Below, in pieces: positions 39,030-49,280 of a stretch of DNA of 64,000 nucleotides. The DNA is from Nitrospirota bacterium (GTDB lineage Bacteria; Nitrospirota; UBA9217). Below the pieces are notes generated by a model. It did no database searches and was not told the DNA's origin. It saw nothing but the letters and a program-made list of their open reading frames with translations. Position 1 is the stretch's first letter. Each line of letters begins with the position of its first letter. The translations under genes were made by a program, and so were the position numbers. The stretch is taken from NCBI GenBank assembly GCA_963749655.1, contig CAVVOB010000020.1, positions 100,961 to 164,960 of the forward strand, read 5' to 3'.

Positions 39030-39389
39030 TTACTTCGTTCTTGTGATTTGCTTTGTCTTTGGATTCAGTTGGAATAGCCGACCACGCTCATCTCTAATTG
39101 ACAGGTTGCCCTTGTCGCATTGAATTTTTTCAATAAACACCCACTGGACATCTTTTTCGAGGCCGGGCTGGATTGTATTCGTAAAGATGGTTATTTCGGA
39201 TATCTTCTTCTTTGTTTTGGTATCCCAAACCTCTACGTACTCTCGAATGCCGTCGTTGTTAGGGGTAATAAATTTCATGCCTTCGCATATGGAAGGCTCA
39301 ACAATAGGAGCGCCACCTCGTTTTGACCAAGCTATATTGGTAATCATCACGAGGAAAAGTACAAGGTAAATTGATAATCTAATCTTCAT
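39030..39389 (-). CDS. Small exported hypothetical cassette protein
   Basis: Signal peptide, YVEVWD and LEKDVQWVFI motif, followed by attC. Confidence 0.7.
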   Translation of the reverse strand: MKIRLSIYLVLFLVMITNIAWSKRGGAPIVEPSICEGMKFITPNNDGIREYVEVWDTKTKKKISEITIFTNTIQPGLEKDVQWVFIEKIQCDKGNLSIRDERGRLFQLNPKTKQITRTK

Positions 39390-39410
39390 AAATATCGCCA
39401 CACAGAAATC

Positions 39411-39792
39411 TCACGGCTGCTCGGGTGCGTGATTTGTTATCTTTTCTCTTCGCTTTCGTATCGTGAAGCCAACAACAATACTGATTAATACCAGAAGCGC
39501 GAGTAAATAGCCGCTGAGCACATAGAATTTTCCTGCCTCTATTGCAATGTCTCGACCAACGTAAGGGTCGCGAAGCTCATTTATTAAGCCATAAAAGTAA
39601 AACGCAGAAATTGTACCAGTTAGCATATAGAAGGCGCGGTTTATATCGCGCAGATAAAAAGCATAAAACAGCACCTGATATACCCCAAATAAAATTCATA
39701 AGTAATGAGGGTTCCTTATCCATTACTTCGGCATAGGCGGGACTACACCATGAAAGGAGCGCGACAAATATATAGAGGCTAAGCATTCTCAT
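39411..39792 (-). CDS. Membrane hypothetical cassette protein, indel near 39630
   Basis: Signal peptide AYAEVMDKEPS plus TM helices over two frames. GTTAG upstream and a TAACAAATC attC remnant at the 3' end. Confidence 0.6.
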
Positions 39793-40290
39793 ATTTTTCG
39801 AAACTAACAATATATTATAGGGACGGCCTACAGTATCATATAAAATACGAATTCGTCAATATGCATTGGGAAAATCCTGACTCAACCTGCGGGAATCATT
39901 ACAGTCGCAAAAAAGACGAATATTACAAATCGGACAAGTCCATAATTATTGAAATAATATTCAAAACGAACAATTCTCTGCTGATTGACGCGTCTGCTCC
40001 ATATACTGAAGCCTTTCAGCGATCTTATGGAAGCGCGGTCCATTCCATGTTCTCTTCGTGCGACTACCGCAAGTGGATCATGTATTACCTCGATTTCCGC
40101 GTGAAATATCCTCCGCTGGATTCACGATCCAAACGACCCGGCCGTCAGTTCGAAAAAGCGGCTGCAACAGTGACAGAAAACTCCTTCCACCAGCCGGATT
40201 TTTTGCATCATTAAAAAAATAATTCACCTGTTCTCACTTCTGCAAATCATTATGCTGATCCCTTTTGTGGAAATTCAACGTGTTATGTTT

Positions 40291-40306
40291 TGGCACGGCT
40301 GATGCA
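40291..40306 (+). promoter_or_regulatory. Sigma54 -24/-12 promoter
   Basis: TGGCAC-GGCTG-ATGCA, 40 nt before a gene with an AAGGAGG RBS. Confidence 0.75.
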
Positions 40307-40346
40307 ATTACACTAGGCAAGAACGCACACAAAGGAGGGCACGACA

Positions 40347-40661
40347 ATGAAGACCACACTCTCAAGAAAAGGCGCATACCTCGGTGCAGGAGCAGGGCTG
40401 GTAGTGTTCGCGATATTCGGGCTTCTTCCCGGCAGTCTCATCGGCGGGGCGGCGGGGATCAAGTTCGCGGGCATGCTCTTCGGACTTCCCCTTGAACCAG
40501 GGCTTGTGTCCCGGCTGATCGTGCTGGTTTCCATGCTCACGGGCGTCGTGGCGTCGGGCACGGCCATTGTCGCGGCAAGCTCCACCCTGGGCTGGCTCGC
40601 GGGCGCGGCCATGGGATCGACGACGGAAGAAAATACATTCGCTGCGGCGGAGAGGAGATAA
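40347..40661 (+). CDS. Small Gly-rich membrane protein, paralog 1
   Basis: Hydrophobic GxxxG-rich 104 aa with a strong RBS. Confidence 0.85.
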   Translation: MKTTLSRKGAYLGAGAGLVVFAIFGLLPGSLIGGAAGIKFAGMLFGLPLEPGLVSRLIVLVSMLTGVVASGTAIVAASSTLGWLAGAAMGSTTEENTFAAAERR

Positions 40662-40665
40662 AATC

Positions 40666-40977
40666 ATGAAGAACGAGACAGTCAATACGGGAATGAAGAT
40701 CGGGGCAATAGTCGGCGGGCTGGTGTTTCTGGTGTTCGGGATCGTGCCGGGGTTCTACTTCGGGTCCTACGGGACGCTGATCCTGCTTCAGAAGCTGATG
40801 GGCGGGACCGTGGAGCCCACGCTCTTCGTCCGCGCAGCCATCGTGATGGGGATCGTGGTCGGCATCGCCTGCGCGGCGACGGTGAGCCTGGTGATCGGCG
40901 GCCTCGCGGGAACGGCTCTCGGTTACCTCGTGTCCCCCACGAAAGCGGAACAGAAGGAAGCTGCTGAAAAGGCGTAG
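40666..40977 (+). CDS. Small Gly-rich membrane protein, paralog 2
   Basis: 103 aa, GAGGAG RBS, shares FG..PG and EP...R..I with the upstream gene. Confidence 0.85.
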   Translation: MKNETVNTGMKIGAIVGGLVFLVFGIVPGFYFGSYGTLILLQKLMGGTVEPTLFVRAAIVMGIVVGIACAATVSLVIGGLAGTALGYLVSPTKAEQKEAAEKA

Positions 40978-41014
40978 TGCGGAAATGCGGAATTAAAGCA
41001 AACTTTAAAACTGA

Positions 41015-41048
41015 AAAAGGCGGTGAGCAATCACCGCCTTTTCTTTTT
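41015..41048. terminator. Bidirectional intrinsic terminator
   Basis: AAAAGGCGGTGA-GCAA-TCACCGCCTTTT between convergent genes. Confidence 0.85.
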
Positions 41049-41074
41049 GTGAACGTTGTTTCGGGCCGCCGGCG

Positions 41075-41950
41075 TCACGTCGCATTCTGCTCAGCTGACG
41101 GCGGCCGGTCATCCTCTGTTGGTCGCGGCCGGGGGCGTTCGGGGATCCCCTCCGACTGGTACGAGGGCACGGTGCCGAGCTTCCACGAGTACACCCGTCC
41201 GCACTGCTCGCACGACGCGCCGGACAGGGCCTCCTTGCACTCGGGGCAGTAGATCACATAGTGCTCGGAAAGGAGATGGCTGTGCTCCGTGGCGTTGATC
41301 TTCTTCCCGCAGCAGATGAACTCATTCGAGAGGTCTGCGCCGCACAGGCAATGCTCGTCGAGGGGCCAGGGCAGCATGTCCTCAAGCAGGTACACGGCCC
41401 TTCCGAGAAGATCCATGAGCTCATCGTGCTTCCCATCGTCAAAAAAGGCTTCCGTGAGCTTTTCGCGAATGTCGATCATCAGCGGGTTTTCCTTCAGGAA
41501 CCGCAGCATGATCCGGAGGCGGTTTTCACCCTCGCCGATCCTCGATAATTCCCGCAGGTTCTTGTTGGCCTTGTAGTGCTCCTGGAAATACAAGAGCATC
41601 CAGATCTGGGTCATGTCGTAAAAAAACTCGAGAGTCGGATAATAGCCGTATTTGTCACGAATGGATTTTTCGACCTCGCCCCGCTTGTCGGGGATGCGGG
41701 GGAACACGGCAACGAGGAGGCCCTCCTCGAAGTCTTCATAGAAGAACGGCGTGCCGGAAAAATGGCGGCATCCGCAGTAGGTGCACTGGATGATGTTGAA
41801 CTGCCATTTCAGGATCGCCGCCTTGGCCTGCGGCGTCTTGGACACGTCGACCCAGGTAATGACCCTCGCCTCGAAGTCCTTGTCGCAGTTGCCGCAATGG
41901 AACGACTCGCGGCTGTAGGCCTCCGCCTGGTTATGCAGCATGTTGACCAT
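41075..41950 (-). CDS. CpXC domain protein with Cys-rich C-terminus
   Basis: CGNC...CTYCG at the N-terminus; CLCG, CCG, CPEC and CEQC at the C-terminus. Confidence 0.75.
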   Translation of the reverse strand: MVNMLHNQAEAYSRESFHCGNCDKDFEARVITWVDVSKTPQAKAAILKWQFNIIQCTYCGCRHFSGTPFFYEDFEEGLLVAVFPRIPDKRGEVEKSIRDKYGYYPTLEFFYDMTQIWMLLYFQEHYKANKNLRELSRIGEGENRLRIMLRFLKENPLMIDIREKLTEAFFDDGKHDELMDLLGRAVYLLEDMLPWPLDEHCLCGADLSNEFICCGKKINATEHSHLLSEHYVIYCPECKEALSGASCEQCGRVYSWKLGTVPSYQSEGIPERPRPRPTEDDRPPSAEQNAT

Positions 41951-42074
41951 GGCATAATTATAACCCACTTTCCCCAAACTTACTTTGAAAATCTTTGTCT
42001 TTTTGTGGTACAATGCACCCCCGTAAATCCGGCAACCCGGCGGGGCTGGCCGATTCGACAGAAAGGGATATCTG

Positions 42075-44333
42075 ATGCCGACACAACATGATTCAGTTTT
42101 GACCACTGCGCTGCATTCGGAGGTCGAGAACCGCTTCCTTACCTATGCGCTTTCGACCATCGTCTCGCGGTCGCTGCCTGACGTGCGCGACGGCCTGAAG
42201 CCGGTCCACCGCAGGATCCTCTATGCCATGTGGGAAATGGGCCTCGGCCCCACCGCCAAATTCCGCAAGAGCGCGGCGGTCGTGGGTGAAGTGCTCGGAA
42301 AATTCCATCCCCACGGCGACCAGGCCGCCTACGACGCCATGGTCAGGATGGCTCAGGATTTCTCCCTCCGGTACCCGCTTGTCGAGGGCTCGGGCAACTT
42401 CGGCAGCCTTGACGGCGATCCTGCGGCAGCCATGCGGTATACCGAAGCGCGGTTGTCCCAGCTGGCCGAGGAGCTGCTCGTCGAGATCGAGAAGGACACC
42501 GTCGGCTTCCGGCCGAACTACGACAACTCGCTCAAGGAGCCGGTGGTGCTTCCGGCGCGCTTCCCGCAGCTGCTCGTGAACGGGACCTCCGGCATCGCCG
42601 TGGGCATGAGCTGTTCCTTCCCGCCGCACAACATCGGCGAGGTGATCGACGGCTTGGCGGCCATGATCGACGACCCGAAGATCGAGGTCAAGGACCTTCT
42701 GAAGCACATCAAGGGCCCCGACTTCCCGACGGGCGGGCAGATCCTGAATTCAAAGAAAGAGCTGCGGGAAATGTACCAGACCGGGTCCGGCGGCGTCAGG
42801 ATCCGGGCGGAGTATTCCCTCGAAGATCTGCCGCGGGGCAAACAGGCGATCGTGTTCTCGTCCATTCCTTATCAGGTAAACAAGGCCAAGCTGCTTGAAA
42901 AGCTCATCGGCCTCATGGAGGACAGGAAACTTCCCCAGGTGTCCGCCGTGCGCGACGAATCCACCCACGAAGTGCGCCTCGTGCTCGAGCTCAAGGCCGA
43001 GACCAACGCCGAGCTCGTGACCGCCTACCTGTTCAAGCATACGGACCTCGAGTCCTCGTTCCCCATCAATTTCACGGCCCTGACGCCCACCATGGAGCCT
43101 GAGCGGCTGCCGCTCAAGGAGATCATGCGGTATTTCCTGGAATTCCGGCACGAGCTCGTTACGAAGCGCCTCAATTTCGACCTGAGGATCCTGAAGGCGC
43201 GGCTCCATATCCTCGTCGCCTTCGAGAAGCTCTATGACGACCTGGACACGGCGATCAAGATCATCCGCAGGGCGAAGTCGCGCGACGACGCAGCCGAGAA
43301 ACTCAAGAAGCATTTCAAATTCGACGATGAGCAGGTGAAGGCCATCCTCGATATGCAGTTGTACAAGCTTTCGGGCCTCGAGATCGAGCGGATCCTGAAG
43401 GAGAAGGCGGAGAAAACCAAGCTCCGGAAGGAGATCGAGGCGATCCTCGCCAGCCAGAAGAAGATCTGGGCGCTCATCAAGAGCGAGCTCATGGAGATCA
43501 AGCAGAAGTACGGCGACAAGCGGAAGTCCGTGATGAAGGCCGCCGAAGACGTCGAATTCTCCCAGGAGGACTTCATCGTCTACGAGGACGTGACCGTGAT
43601 CATGACCAAAATGGGATGGATCCGGCGCGTCAAGACTGTGGGCGAAAACCTGCGGTTCAAGGAAGGGGACGAGCTCCTGGCGCTCCTGCCGGCGAACACG
43701 CGCGACAACATCGCCGTGTTCTCGTCAGCAGGCAAGGTCTACGTGATCAAGGCCTTTGACCTGCCTTCGGGATCGGGCTTCGGCGAGCCGGTGCAGAGCA
43801 TGTTCAAGTTCGGCGACGGCGAGCGGCCGGTCACGGCCATGAACCTGACCACGGTCTTTGCCGGCACGCCCGGCGAGACAGGGACGGACAAGCAGCCCGA
43901 GCTGGCGCTCGCGCCCAAAGAGGTGACCGCGCTCACCGTATCCGGGCTCGGCGTGGGATTCAAGTTCGACCTCGGTCAGTTCAACAGCGTGACGACCCGG
44001 GCAGGAAAGAAATTCGCCGGCATCAAAGCCGGAGACAGCATCATGGGTGTGGACATTCTGGACCTTCCGAACGTCCTGTTCCTGACCAATGAAGGCAAGG
44101 CCGTCGTGGTCGCTGCCAAGGACATTCCGCTCCTCTCGGGCGCAGGCAAGGGCGTGAAACTCGTGAATGTGAAAAAGGGCGAAGTGACGCTTTTCCGTCC
44201 GGTGCGCAAGGGCGAGCAGGTGAAGGTCGTGGATGAAAAGGGCAAGGAGAAGACGATCGACCTGAAGGCGTACGGGGTCATGACCCGGGGCAGCGTGGGC
44301 CTGAAGGCGGTCAAGGCGGTCAAGTTCGCGTAA
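42075..44333 (+). CDS. parC: Type IIA topoisomerase subunit A, probably topo IV ParC
   Basis: [21 protein letters not shown] (catalytic Tyr). No QxRGGxG GyrA-box and a shortened CTD. Confidence 0.8.
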   Translation: MPTQHDSVLTTALHSEVENRFLTYALSTIVSRSLPDVRDGLKPVHRRILYAMWEMGLGPTAKFRKSAAVVGEVLGKFHPHGDQAAYDAMVRMAQDFSLRYPLVEGSGNFGSLDGDPAAAMRYTEARLSQLAEELLVEIEKDTVGFRPNYDNSLKEPVVLPARFPQLLVNGTSGIAVGMSCSFPPHNIGEVIDGLAAMIDDPKIEVKDLLKHIKGPDFPTGGQILNSKKELREMYQTGSGGVRIRAEYSLEDLPRGKQAIVFSSIPYQVNKAKLLEKLIGLMEDRKLPQVSAVRDESTHEVRLVLELKAETNAELVTAYLFKHTDLESSFPINFTALTPTMEPERLPLKEIMRYFLEFRHELVTKRLNFDLRILKARLHILVAFEKLYDDLDTAIKIIRRAKSRDDAAEKLKKHFKFDDEQVKAILDMQLYKLSGLEIERILKEKAEKTKLRKEIEAILASQKKIWALIKSELMEIKQKYGDKRKSVMKAAEDVEFSQEDFIVYEDVTVIMTKMGWIRRVKTVGENLRFKEGDELLALLPANTRDNIAVFSSAGKVYVIKAFDLPSGSGFGEPVQSMFKFGDGERPVTAMNLTTVFAGTPGETGTDKQPELALAPKEVTALTVSGLGVGFKFDLGQFNSVTTRAGKKFAGIKAGDSIMGVDILDLPNVLFLTNEGKAVVVAAKDIPLLSGAGKGVKLVNVKKGEVTLFRPVRKGEQVKVVDEKGKEKTIDLKAYGVMTRGSVGLKAVKAVKFA

Positions 44334-44454
44334 AGTGCAGGACCGTATTAACCACCGGCGGCTTTACCGCACACGGTTCAAGCTGTTCGGAAGAGGTAAA
44401 TCCGCATTCATCTGTGTGTCACGCGAAGCGTGGCCTGTGGTTCCACTGGACAAT

Positions 44455-44871
44455 ATGAAATCCTTCCGCAAAGAACTCTGGTTCAACATCCCCTCGCGCC
44501 GGGGGTTCGTCAACATCACCCCCCAGGTCGAGGACTGCCTCCGGGAGAGCGGGGTGACCGAGGGCATGGTCCTGGTAAACGCGATGCACATCACGGCCTC
44601 GGTGTTCGTGAACGACGACGAGCGGGGGCTGCTCGGGGATTTCGAAGTCTGGCTCGAAGATCTTGCGCCCCATGAACCGGTGTCCCGGTACCAGCACAAC
44701 TCGGGCGAGGACAATGCCGACGCCCATCTCAAGCGGACCGTCATGGGCCGCGAAGTGGTCGTTGCGATCACGAAGGGAAAGCTTGATTTCGGGCCCTGGG
44801 AGCAGATCTTTTACGGGGAGTTCGACGGCCTGAGAAAGAAGCGGGTACTCGTGAAAATTATCGGGGAATGA
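44455..44871 (+). CDS. yjbQ: YjbQ/UPF0047 family protein
   Basis: [26 protein letters not shown]. Confidence 0.92.
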   Translation: MKSFRKELWFNIPSRRGFVNITPQVEDCLRESGVTEGMVLVNAMHITASVFVNDDERGLLGDFEVWLEDLAPHEPVSRYQHNSGEDNADAHLKRTVMGREVVVAITKGKLDFGPWEQIFYGEFDGLRKKRVLVKIIGE

Positions 44872-44894
44872 TTTAATCAAGCGGAGCGAGCCGC

Positions 44895-45110
44895 ATGAAT
44901 TTGGTTGTCATTCTGTTCCGTGGTTGATAGGTATCTTCTGCCTTATTCATCCCTTTGTCGAAAATGTTCATTCCTCCGCCTTCTTCTCTGGTCTATCGTA
45001 CCTTTTATTCCCCTCCTTGGTCCCATGATCTACAATGTTCTCTTTTTGATCCGCCTCCGGTTCAGCCGGAAGACATGGGGGCGTGTGAAAATCCTAATCT
45101 GTCGGGATAG
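44895..45110 (+). pseudogene. Small membrane protein remnant or frameshifted ORF
   Basis: GGAG RBS and ATG at 44895; LWSIVPFIPLLGPMIY segment in a shifted frame. Confidence 0.3.
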
Positions 45111-45132
45111 GCGGTCCTCCCCGTGGTCCTTG

Positions 45133-45173
45133 TTGAAAAGTGGCTACATTTATGCTATTATGGTGACTACATT
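45133..45173 (+). promoter_or_regulatory. TA operon promoter with tandem operator repeats
   Basis: TTGAAA-N17-TATTAT overlapped by two GTGRCTACATT copies (45140, 45163). Confidence 0.6.
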
Positions 45174-45192
45174 ATTATAATAGCGAGAGTAC

Positions 45193-45453
45193 ATGATATC
45201 CGTCGGGATAAAAGAATTGAAAGCAAAGTTAAGCGGCTACGTGGATAAAGTTCGCCATGGCGAAGAGGTCGTGGTAACGGACCGCGGCAGAGAGATTGCC
45301 CTGCTCACGCCCATTTCACGGGAACGGGGAGCGGTCAAGGGCCTCATGGAAAAAGGCAAGGTCAGGTGGGCAGGTGGAAAGCCGGCGGGTCTGCAAGGCA
45401 TCAAGGCAAAAGGAAAGTCTCTTTCGAGGACGATCGTTGAGGGGCGACGTTGA
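45193..45453 (+). CDS. Phd/YefM-family antitoxin
   Basis: VGIKELKAKLS...GEEVVVTDRGREIA; overlaps the toxin start. Confidence 0.9.
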   Translation: MISVGIKELKAKLSGYVDKVRHGEEVVVTDRGREIALLTPISRERGAVKGLMEKGKVRWAGGKPAGLQGIKAKGKSLSRTIVEGRR

Positions 45454-45875
45454 TTCTCTATCTCGATACAAGCAGCATCGTGAAGCTCTATCTTGCAGAA
45501 GCCCACTCCAAAGATGTTCGAGGGTGGTCGGAAGAGGCGGAGATTGTGGCAACGTGCCGTGTTGCCTTCCCGGAAATGGTCTCAGCGCTGACCAGGCGTT
45601 ACCGGGGCGGCGATCTGTCGAAGCCGGATTATGAGCTGCTCTTAAAGACGTTCACCGCGGAATGGGCGCATTTTGCCGTAGTTGATTTCGACGAAATAGC
45701 AGCAGGACGTTTAGCCGTGATCCACGGCCTGCGGGGATTTGACGCTGTTCACCTTGCAACCGCAAAGCAACTGAAGTCTTCCCAACCCCACATTTCCGTC
45801 GCGTTCTCATCCTTTGATGACGACCTCAATAAAGCCGCCACAGCCGAAAAACTGACAGTGCTGGCGCCGAAATAA
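45450..45875 (+). CDS. vapC: VapC PIN-domain toxin
   Basis: YLDTSSIVKLY, LRGFDAVHLATA, SFDDDL. Confidence 0.9.
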   Translation: MILYLDTSSIVKLYLAEAHSKDVRGWSEEAEIVATCRVAFPEMVSALTRRYRGGDLSKPDYELLLKTFTAEWAHFAVVDFDEIAAGRLAVIHGLRGFDAVHLATAKQLKSSQPHISVAFSSFDDDLNKAATAEKLTVLAPK

Positions 45876-46033
45876 CGACCTTGAATAGCATGCATCCTGC
45901 GAGCCCGCTCAATGCAAGAAGAATTTGTTCTATAATCATTTCTTCCTGTACTCAACAATAGGTGTAGCTCATAGATATTTACAAACCTCATGGAGAAATT
46001 AATAAACACAGATCGCCCGGAGAGAGGAATAGA

Positions 46034-46699
46034 ATGAATATAAATATTCGTCTGGAAACTGAAGATGATTACTCAAGAGTTGAAGAACTAACGCGAGAAT
46101 CGTTCTGGAATCTTTATGCTCCAGGTTGTGATGAACACTATTTATGTCATGTCTTGAGAGGTCATAATGACTTTATTAAAGAACTTGATTATGTTGCTGA
46201 AGTGGATGGGAATATTATAGGTTCCATTATGTATTCAAAGTCATTGCTTATCAGTGATGATTCTGAAAAGGTTCCAATCGTTTCCTTTGGTCCCTTATGT
46301 GTTCATCCTGAATATCAAAGAAAAAAAATAGGTACTGCGTTAATAGAAAAAACAAAAAGCTTAGTAGAAAAAATGGATATTCCTGCAATTATCATTTATG
46401 GAGATCCTCACAATTATTGCAAGCATGGATTTAAGAATGGTATAGATTATAAAGTCAGCAATATGGATGGAGAATTTCCTTTAGGATTACTTGTACTAGA
46501 GCTTAAACCTGGATTCTTTGGAATAAATAAATGGAAAGCGAGACAAAGTGATGTTTTCAAATATAATCAAGAAGATGCAGTAGAATTTGACAAGAAGTTC
46601 AAAGAAAAAGAAAAAAAGATCCAATATACCCAGGAAATATTTAAGATCCATATTAGGTCTTTCTTAAGGGACACGCAGCTAACAACTGCTTCAACCTGA
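46034..46699 (+). CDS. GNAT N-acetyltransferase (cassette-like)
   Basis: GPLCVHPEYQRKKIG, YGDPHNY. AT-rich, with the stop inside an attC. Confidence 0.88.
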   Translation: MNINIRLETEDDYSRVEELTRESFWNLYAPGCDEHYLCHVLRGHNDFIKELDYVAEVDGNIIGSIMYSKSLLISDDSEKVPIVSFGPLCVHPEYQRKKIGTALIEKTKSLVEKMDIPAIIIYGDPHNYCKHGFKNGIDYKVSNMDGEFPLGLLVLELKPGFFGINKWKARQSDVFKYNQEDAVEFDKKFKEKEKKIQYTQEIFKIHIRSFLRDTQLTTAST

Positions 46700-46784
46700 C
46701 TCGCCTATTGTCACGCAATTTGCTGTCGCTTCGCTCGGCAGATTGCGCTCCAATTACGGCTCGCAGTTAAGCAAATGTTCATAC
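46677..46784 (+). mobile_element. attC integron cassette site
   Basis: GCTAAC-AACTGCTTCAACCTG ... CAGTTAAGCAAAT-GTT imperfect palindrome. Confidence 0.7.
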
Positions 46785-47082
46785 GCAAGTTTCAACCAGT
46801 ATTTTTTTACCTCATTTATATTGCCATCAGTGCAACCTTGTAGATGTACTAACGATATGCATCTGCGCGCTCGCACCTCAAAGTTTCGTAAGTCAGGATG
46901 GCTTAGTTTAGGCCCTCGGGAAACCGGGGGCTTTTGTTTTGAACTGTACATGATTCAGGAATACACTTGCCGGAGGTCCTCCCCAATATTTTCTTGACCA
47001 GCAGATTTAAGTGTGATAAAAAGTCAGGGCTATTATGCTCTACTATTTATGACAAAAAGGACGATAGAACGAGGAGACAACC

Positions 47083-47928
47083 ATGAAAATGACCTGGAAA
47101 ATGATTTGCTTCGCACTGCTTAGTCTCGCCAGTCTGTTTGCCGCTGCCCCCTGCTTTGCAGAACACAAGGACGCCGCCAACTGCAGGGATCATCCGCTCA
47201 TCAACCGGCTTCCCGACTACTGGATCGAGGCGTGCACGCTGAAGCAGTTCGACGCATACGGGTTCATGGCAGGCAAGGGCAAGCCGGTGCAGGTGGAAGG
47301 CCAGTATACGAACATCAGGTACCAGCCGCCGGCAAATTTGACGGTCAAGCCCAGCACGCTGCAAGTGCTGCGTAACATCGAAAATGCCGTGAAGAAGGTC
47401 GGGGGCGTCGTCGTTGCGACCGACCAGAGCAAGGAAACCCTGAAGCTCACCAGGGACGGCAAGGAGTTGTGGATCGAGGTCTGGGCCGACTATACCGGCA
47501 AGTACATCCTGACCATCGTGGAAAAGGCGGCGATGGCCCAGGAGCTTGTCGCAAACGCCGATGCGTTCGCCAATAGCCTCAAGACCACCGGCCACATTGC
47601 CGTGGAAGGGATCTACTTCGATACCGGCAAGGCCGAGCTCAAACTCGAATCAACAGCGGCAATCGCCGAAGTGGCGAAACTCCTGAAGGGAGATGCCGGC
47701 CTGAAGCTTTATGTCGTCGGCCATACCGACAACGCAGGCGCGCTGGAAGGGAACATGAAACTCTCACAGGACCGGGCACAGTCGGTTGTCCAGTCGCTGA
47801 TCAAAACCCACGGCATCCCGGCTGCGCGCCTCAAGGCCTATGGTTCCGGACCTTATGCGCCGGTGGCCTCGAACGATACCGAGGAAGGACGGGCGAAGAA
47901 CCGCCGCGTCGAACTCGTAAAGCAATAA
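47083..47928 (+). CDS. OmpA-family peptidoglycan-binding protein (DUF4892-like N-domain)
   Basis: Signal peptide, DHPLINRLP, IYFDTGKA, VGHTD, LSQDRA, NRRVEL. Confidence 0.9.
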   Translation: MKMTWKMICFALLSLASLFAAAPCFAEHKDAANCRDHPLINRLPDYWIEACTLKQFDAYGFMAGKGKPVQVEGQYTNIRYQPPANLTVKPSTLQVLRNIENAVKKVGGVVVATDQSKETLKLTRDGKELWIEVWADYTGKYILTIVEKAAMAQELVANADAFANSLKTTGHIAVEGIYFDTGKAELKLESTAAIAEVAKLLKGDAGLKLYVVGHTDNAGALEGNMKLSQDRAQSVVQSLIKTHGIPAARLKAYGSGPYAPVASNDTEEGRAKNRRVELVKQ

Positions 47929-47943
47929 TTCCCGGAGATTCTC

Positions 47944-49086
47944 ATGACCCGAATTATTTCTCTGCTGTTTGCCTTGCTTGCCTGCACTGCGCTCCAGGCG
48001 CAGGCGGCTGATCGCCTGCCAATGATCTTCGGCGAGATGGGCGTCAACTGGATCGTCGAGAAGGACGGGACGGTGAAGGCGTGGGGGGCGCGGACGCCGG
48101 ACGCCTCGTATTTCGGCGACGGCAGCAACGACGAGAAGGAGCACAAAGAGCCGGTCGCGATACCGGGCTTGCGCGACATCGTCGGCGGCGCCGCGGGGCC
48201 ATCGCACACACTGCTTCTCAGGCGCGACGGCACGGTACTCGCGTGGGGCCGCAACAACGGCAACTGCGAGCTCGGCGTCACCGACGATCGCAAGCGGCTC
48301 ACGCCCATTCCCGTGAACGGCGTGCGCGACGCTGTGCAGGTCGCGGCGAACGAGACGATGTCGGCCGCGGTCCTGGCCGACGGCACCGTGCGCGTCTGGG
48401 GGTCGCCTGCGGACGGCATGTTCGCGAACGGCAAGTCGGGGCGCGGCGAAGACTGCGTGCCCGCGCCCGTCGCCATCGAGGGGCTCACCAACGTGAAGAA
48501 GCTCGTGCTCGACACCTCGGCGCTCGTGCTTAAAGCGGACGGCACCGTCTGGGGGTGGGGCAACAACGACAATGGCCAGCTCTGCGACGGCACGACGGAG
48601 CGGCGGCTGCGGCCGGTGCAGATGAAGGGAATCACGAATGCGGTGGACATCTTCATCGACGCGAAAAATTCGATCGTCGTGCTTGCCGACGGCACCGTGC
48701 GGATGTGCGGCACGAACATCGAGGGCAAGATGTCCACGGCCCCGAAGGGCGTCAAGCACGTCACGCCGTTCACGATCCCGGGCATCACGACCGCCGTCGC
48801 CGTCACCGCGGCGGGCACGCCCATGGTGCGCCTCAAGGACGGCACCCTGCTCGGCTGGGGCTACGGCATGCACGGCTCCCTCGGCGACGGCTTCAACGAC
48901 AAGGTCATCCCCAAACCGCACGCGCCCATCGGGCTCGGTCCGGTACTCGCGCATTTCTACGCGAGCAACGGGGGCTACGCGATTCGCGGCGACGGCACGG
49001 TGATGGGTTGGGGATTTTATGTCGGCGGGCCCAGGGAATGGGCGCTGACGCCGGTTCCGATCTTCAAGGTGAAGCTGGCCAACTGA
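47944..49086 (+). CDS. Exported RCC1-repeat beta-propeller protein
   Basis: Seven DGT(V/L)..(W/C)G repeats and a signal peptide. Confidence 0.88.
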   Translation: MTRIISLLFALLACTALQAQAADRLPMIFGEMGVNWIVEKDGTVKAWGARTPDASYFGDGSNDEKEHKEPVAIPGLRDIVGGAAGPSHTLLLRRDGTVLAWGRNNGNCELGVTDDRKRLTPIPVNGVRDAVQVAANETMSAAVLADGTVRVWGSPADGMFANGKSGRGEDCVPAPVAIEGLTNVKKLVLDTSALVLKADGTVWGWGNNDNGQLCDGTTERRLRPVQMKGITNAVDIFIDAKNSIVVLADGTVRMCGTNIEGKMSTAPKGVKHVTPFTIPGITTAVAVTAAGTPMVRLKDGTLLGWGYGMHGSLGDGFNDKVIPKPHAPIGLGPVLAHFYASNGGYAIRGDGTVMGWGFYVGGPREWALTPVPIFKVKLAN

Positions 49087-49280
49087 CCGGTTTGGCACAG
49101 GGCTGGAAATATTGCATACCAAAAAAAGGCGGCACATCTGTGGATGCCTGAATTGACAAGAACGGAAACGGCAAAACGTATAACCCGTAAATCGATACTA
49201 TTTACGCATTAGCCGACAGGTGAAGTTGCAGGTGTACTAACCGATATGCATCCGCGCGCTCGAAAGGCAGGTTTGTAAGC

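Noticed and set aside
39861-40214. 117-aa plus-strand ORF
   Set aside because: No RBS or recognisable domain; lies in the probable upstream regulatory region of a sigma54 promoter.
49093-49108. TGGCAC sigma54-like site
   Set aside because: The -12 element is TGGA rather than TGC, and it sits between convergent gene ends.
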